A DNA stretch of 64,000 bases from Hemiscyllium ocellatum (lineage: Eukaryota). The notes under the pieces are model-generated. The model saw only the letters and a program-made list of their open reading frames with translations. It ran no database searches and was not told the DNA's origin. Location of the stretch: positions 77,714,320 through 77,778,319 of the forward strand of contig NC_083412.1 in assembly GCF_020745735.1 (NCBI RefSeq), given 5' to 3'. How positions within the stretch are numbered: the stretch's first letter is position 1; each line of letters starts with the position of its first letter. Positions 60,291 to 64,000 of this stretch are shown one piece after another. The position numbers were made by a program, and so were the translations under genes.

Positions 60291-62498
60291 TAAACAGCAT
60301 GGAAACAGACCCCTTGGTGCTGTTCATTGTTTCACCTATATAGATTTCTTCTTCATTTTCTGATGTATTTCATTGTCAAACTATGCTAATGTAAATAATG
60401 CATCAGGATTCACCTTTTTATAAGTGCTAGTTACAAAATCTGAAGATGCTGGAAATGTAAATTGGGTGAACAGACAATGTTGCTATCTGAAATTTGTGGC
60501 TTTTTACAGTTGTTTTAATGCTCATTCATGGGACTTAGGCATCATTGGCTGGCATTTGAACTAAGTGGCTTGCTCGGCCATTTCAGAAGGCTGTTAAGAG
60601 TCAATCCCATAGCTAAAGATTTGGCGTCTCATTTGGCCAGATCAGGTAAGGATGGCAGATTTCCTTCCCTAAAGGACATGAGTGAACCAGATGGATTTTT
60701 ACAACAATCAGTAATGGTCAAGTGATCAGAACATGCTAGCTTTTCTTTTAAGTCCAATACTTTTTGCATTCAAATTTCAACATCTGTTATGGTGGGATCT
60801 GAACCCACACTCCCAGAATTCTGGATTATTAGTTCCACTACCTTTCAATTTTTGGTAGATTAGAGAACTTTTTTTATTTTAACTTATTTTTCTATTGAAT
60901 CTGTTAAGGGATATTATTACACACCTCTAGAGTCATAGAGATGTACAGCATGGAAACAGACCCTTTGGTCCAACCTGTCCATGCCGACCAGATATCCCAA
61001 CCCAAATCTACTCCCACCTGCCAGCATCCGGCCCATATCCCTCCAAACCCTTCCTATTCATATACCCATCCAAATGCCTCTTAAATGTTGCAATTGCACC
61101 AGCCTCCACCACTTCCTCTGGCAGCTCATTCCATAAACGTACCATCCTCTGCGTGAAAAAGTTGCCCCTTAGGTCTCTTTTATATCTTTCCCCTCTCACC
61201 CTAAACCTTTGCCCTCTAGTTCTGGACTCGCAGGTGAGACTTGAACTTAGGCCTAGTCCAAAGGTAGGGACACTACCTCTGCACCACAAGAAGCCCCAGA
61301 ACATCTATTGTTGAATCTGATCCTGGCGTTGTTGATTAATGGCTAATCATGGCATGTTACGAGCGGGTGATTACTCAATGTCCTTTGTGAGTGATGAATG
61401 CCGCAAGAGTTATAGATAATTCTAAAATGTTGCTTTTGGATAATAAAAATTATTTTTGAAACTTGTAAAGCAGATAAGACCATAAGACATAGGAGTGGAA
61501 GTAAGGCCATTCGGCCCATCGAGTCCACTCCGCCATTCAATCATGGCTGATGGGCATTTCGACTCCACTTACCCGCATTCTCCCCGTAGCCCTTAATTCC
61601 TTGTGACATCAAGAATCTATCAATCTCTGCCTTGAAGACATTTAGCGTCCCGGCCTCCACTGTACTCTGCGGCAATGAATTCCACATGCCCATCACTCTC
61701 TCGCTGAAGAAATGTCTCCGCATTTCTGTTCTGAGTTGACCCCCTCTAATTTTAAGGCTGTGTCCACGGGTCCTTGTCTCCTCACCTAACGGAAACAATT
61801 TCCTAGCGTCCACCCTTTCCAAGCCATGTATTATCTTTGAAATTTTTGAACTTTGAAATTTTTTTAGGGCACTATACTGTTCAATCATTACAGGAAGCAC
61901 ACTAGGATAAGTCCCACTGCACTTATTTTTCCAGTTTATATTAATGACATACATTTCAGGTCAACATTCTGTTTACATTTACTCTTGTTTTACCATGTGG
62001 GAGGGCTAAGAAGTGCAATGTGCAATCAGTCAACTCTGAAAAGTGTGGCACAGGTGTTGCTTAAAAGGTCAGGTAGATGAAGCGATTGGAAAGTTTGAGT
62101 GCTCCCTCCAGCAATCTGCATACTCCCAAAATTGTTTCTTGATATGCCCAGTGCCTTCTTGAATGAACATTTTGCCTATTGAGCATTTCCCTGTTCAGCC
62201 TTGACGCACCACTCTGCGTGTATCCCTCAGCAACTGGAACTTCAAATGTGCTAGCCTTCATAAAATATTAAACTATTAGCTGTTCTTAAATATTATGATT
62301 TGTCCCTCCCTTTAGTTGGAAAGCTCATTAGCTGTTCTTCCAGCCTATTTCTACCAAAATAGTAATGCTGGATTGGACGAAAAACCTTTCTGTAATGTTT
62401 GACTGTAAGATTCTAACAGGATAATTCCCTTTCTGAGCATTAATTAACTTCTATTTCTCCTCAGACATTTCTCTACCATGCTCCTGATATAAAACCTT

Positions 62499-62852
62499 GC
62501 TGCTCCCCCTAATGGTGGAGGACGTTAGAACAGGTAGGGTTTCCTCAGCTCCCACTCCCTAGTGGCAAGGAGTTGGTCAGAGCTGGGACTCTTCCCGCTG
62601 TGGTGATTGGCTGGCCAGATCAGTAGTGCTCCCCCTGATGGCTGGGAGGAGGCTATAGCAGGTAGTGCTCGCCTTGGTGGCTGAGAGGAGGCCGGAGCAG
62701 GTAGTGCTCCCCCTGGTGGTTAGGAGGAGGCCAGAGCAGGTAGTGCTCCCCCTGGTGGTTAGGAGGAGGCCAGAGCAGGTATTCCTCCCCTGGGTGGTTT
62801 GGAGGAGGACAGCGCATGCTCACTGTGCGAGGCCTCGGGCTGCAGAAGCGCC
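62499..62852 (+). promoter_or_regulatory. SON promoter region with 39-bp x5 minisatellite carrying CTCF-like motifs, inverted CCAAT (62606) and NRF1-like GCGCATGC (62812)
   Basis: Units start at 62623, 62662, 62701, 62740, 62779; core GTGCTCCCCCTGGTGG (reverse complement CCACCAGGGGGAGCAC). Confidence 0.65.
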
Positions 62853-62932
62853 ATGGCGACCAACATTGAGGAGATTTTTCGGTCTTTTGTCGTTAAGAAG
62901 ATAAAGGAGATAGAGGATGAGAAACAGCGGAG
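62853..62932 (+). CDS. SON: SON DNA/RNA-binding protein, first coding exon (MATNIEEIFRSFVVKKIKEIEDEKQR)
   Basis: GCC-ATG-G Kozak context; translation matches the recalled SON N-terminus MATNIEQIFRSFVV; phase-2 donor AG|GTAATG at 62933; CpG-rich setting. Confidence 0.92.
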
Positions 62933-63072
62933 GTAATGAGATGATCATGGACAAAGTAAACTCTGATGGAGTGGGAGTGACTGAGTTGTTGGAAATGACA
63001 GGACGAGGTTCGCAGTAGATTTCGGGCCTGATTGTGGCAGGAGCCCGCGTTTAAACATTCCCCACACTCCAA

Positions 63073-64000
63073 CCCCCCCCCCCCCCCACTGTCCTTACCC
63101 CCCTCCCCCCGTCCTTACCCCCCTCCCCCCGTCCTTAGCCCCCACCCTTACCCCCCTCCCCCCGTCCTTAGCCCCCACCCTTACCCCCCTCCCCCGTCCT
63201 TACCCCCCTCCCCCGTCCTTACCCCCCTCCCTTACCCCCCTCCCCCGTCCTTACCCCCCCTCCCCCGTCCTTACCCCCCTCCCTCGTCCTTACCCCCCTC
63301 CCTTACCCCCTCCCCCGTCCTTACCCCCCGTCCTTACCCCCCGTCCTTACCCCCCGTCCTTACCCCCCGTCCTTACCCCCCGTCCTTACCCCCCTCCCCC
63401 CGTCCTTACCCCCCTCCCCCCGTCCTTACCCCCCTCCCCCCGTCCTTACCCCCCTCCCCCCGTCCTTACCCCCCTCCCCCCAGTCCTTACCCCCCTCCCC
63501 CCAGTCCTTACCCCCCCCCCCCCAGTCCTTACCCCCCTCCCCCCAGTCCTTACCCCCCTCCCCCCAGTCCTTACCCCCCTCCCCCCAGTCCTTACCCCCC
63601 TCCCCCCAGTCCTTACCCCCCAGCCCTTAACCCCCTCCCCCCAGCCCTTAACCCCCTCCCCCAGCCCTTAACCCCCCTCCCCCAGCCCTTAACCCCCCTC
63701 CCCCAGCCCTTAACCCCCCTCCCCCCAGCCCTTAACCGCCCTTAACCCCCCCGCCCTTAACCCCCCCGCCCTTACACCCCCCGCCCTTACACCCCCTGCC
63801 CTCACCCGCTCTCCTCTCCCCCCCGCTCTCCTTTTCCCCCCCGCTCTCCTTTTCCCCCCCTCTCTCCTTTTCCCCCCCGCTCTCCTTCCCCCCCCCCGCT
63901 CTCCTTCCCCCCCCCCCGCTCTCCTTCCCCCCCCCCCCGCTCTCCTTCCCCCCCCCCCCGCTCTCCTTCCCCCCCCCCGCTCTCCCTTTCCCCGCCCCGC
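63073..64000. repeat. C-rich compound minisatellite in SON intron 1
   Basis: CCCCCTCCCCCGTCCTTA-type units, then CCCCCAGCCCTTAA, then CCCCCCCGCTCTCCTT-type units. Confidence 0.95.

Noticed and set aside
62623-62808. CRISPR-like periodic repeat
   Set aside because: Contiguous tandem units without unique spacers, in a vertebrate locus.
62665-62904. ORF with repeated RRPEQVVLPLVV
   Set aside because: Product of the 39-bp minisatellite, out of frame with the SON ATG, GTG start.
63032-63745. 237-aa proline-rich extensin-like ORF
   Set aside because: Translation of the C-rich satellite inside SON intron 1; GTG start and no coding complexity.
63617-63762. Interstitial telomere (CCCTTAA)
   Set aside because: Not CCCTAA arrays; the motif is a variant of the local satellite unit.

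Overview
Vertebrate genomic DNA, most likely a shark or ray, judged from HE1-type SINEs, HER1/CR1 LINEs and DeuSINE remnants. The + strand holds a complete GART gene (trifunctional GARS-AIRS-GAR transformylase): 21 coding exons from 9856 to 43876, all GT-AG and in phase, 3075 nt, 1024 aa. A candidate promoter/non-coding exon 1 lies near 4.46-4.79 kb and a polyA signal at 44066. The first coding exon of SON starts at 62853, also on +, so GART and SON are head-to-tail here rather than head-to-head as in human and mouse. Introns and flanks are dominated by retroelement remnants. Most notable: (i) a decayed Penelope-like element (RT YIDD plus GIY-YIG) and about a dozen small, often palindromic, Penelope-terminus insertions carrying minimal hammerhead-ribozyme cores (CUGAUGA-A-stem II-GAAA), several with target duplications; (ii) a 39-bp x5 array of CTCF-like motifs at the SON promoter; (iii) signals for a GARS-only isoform from intron-11 polyadenylation; (iv) a microhomology-bounded templated duplication in a GART intron. 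Repeat boundaries are approximate and read by eye. Comparisons with human sequences and repeat consensuses are from recall and need alignment.
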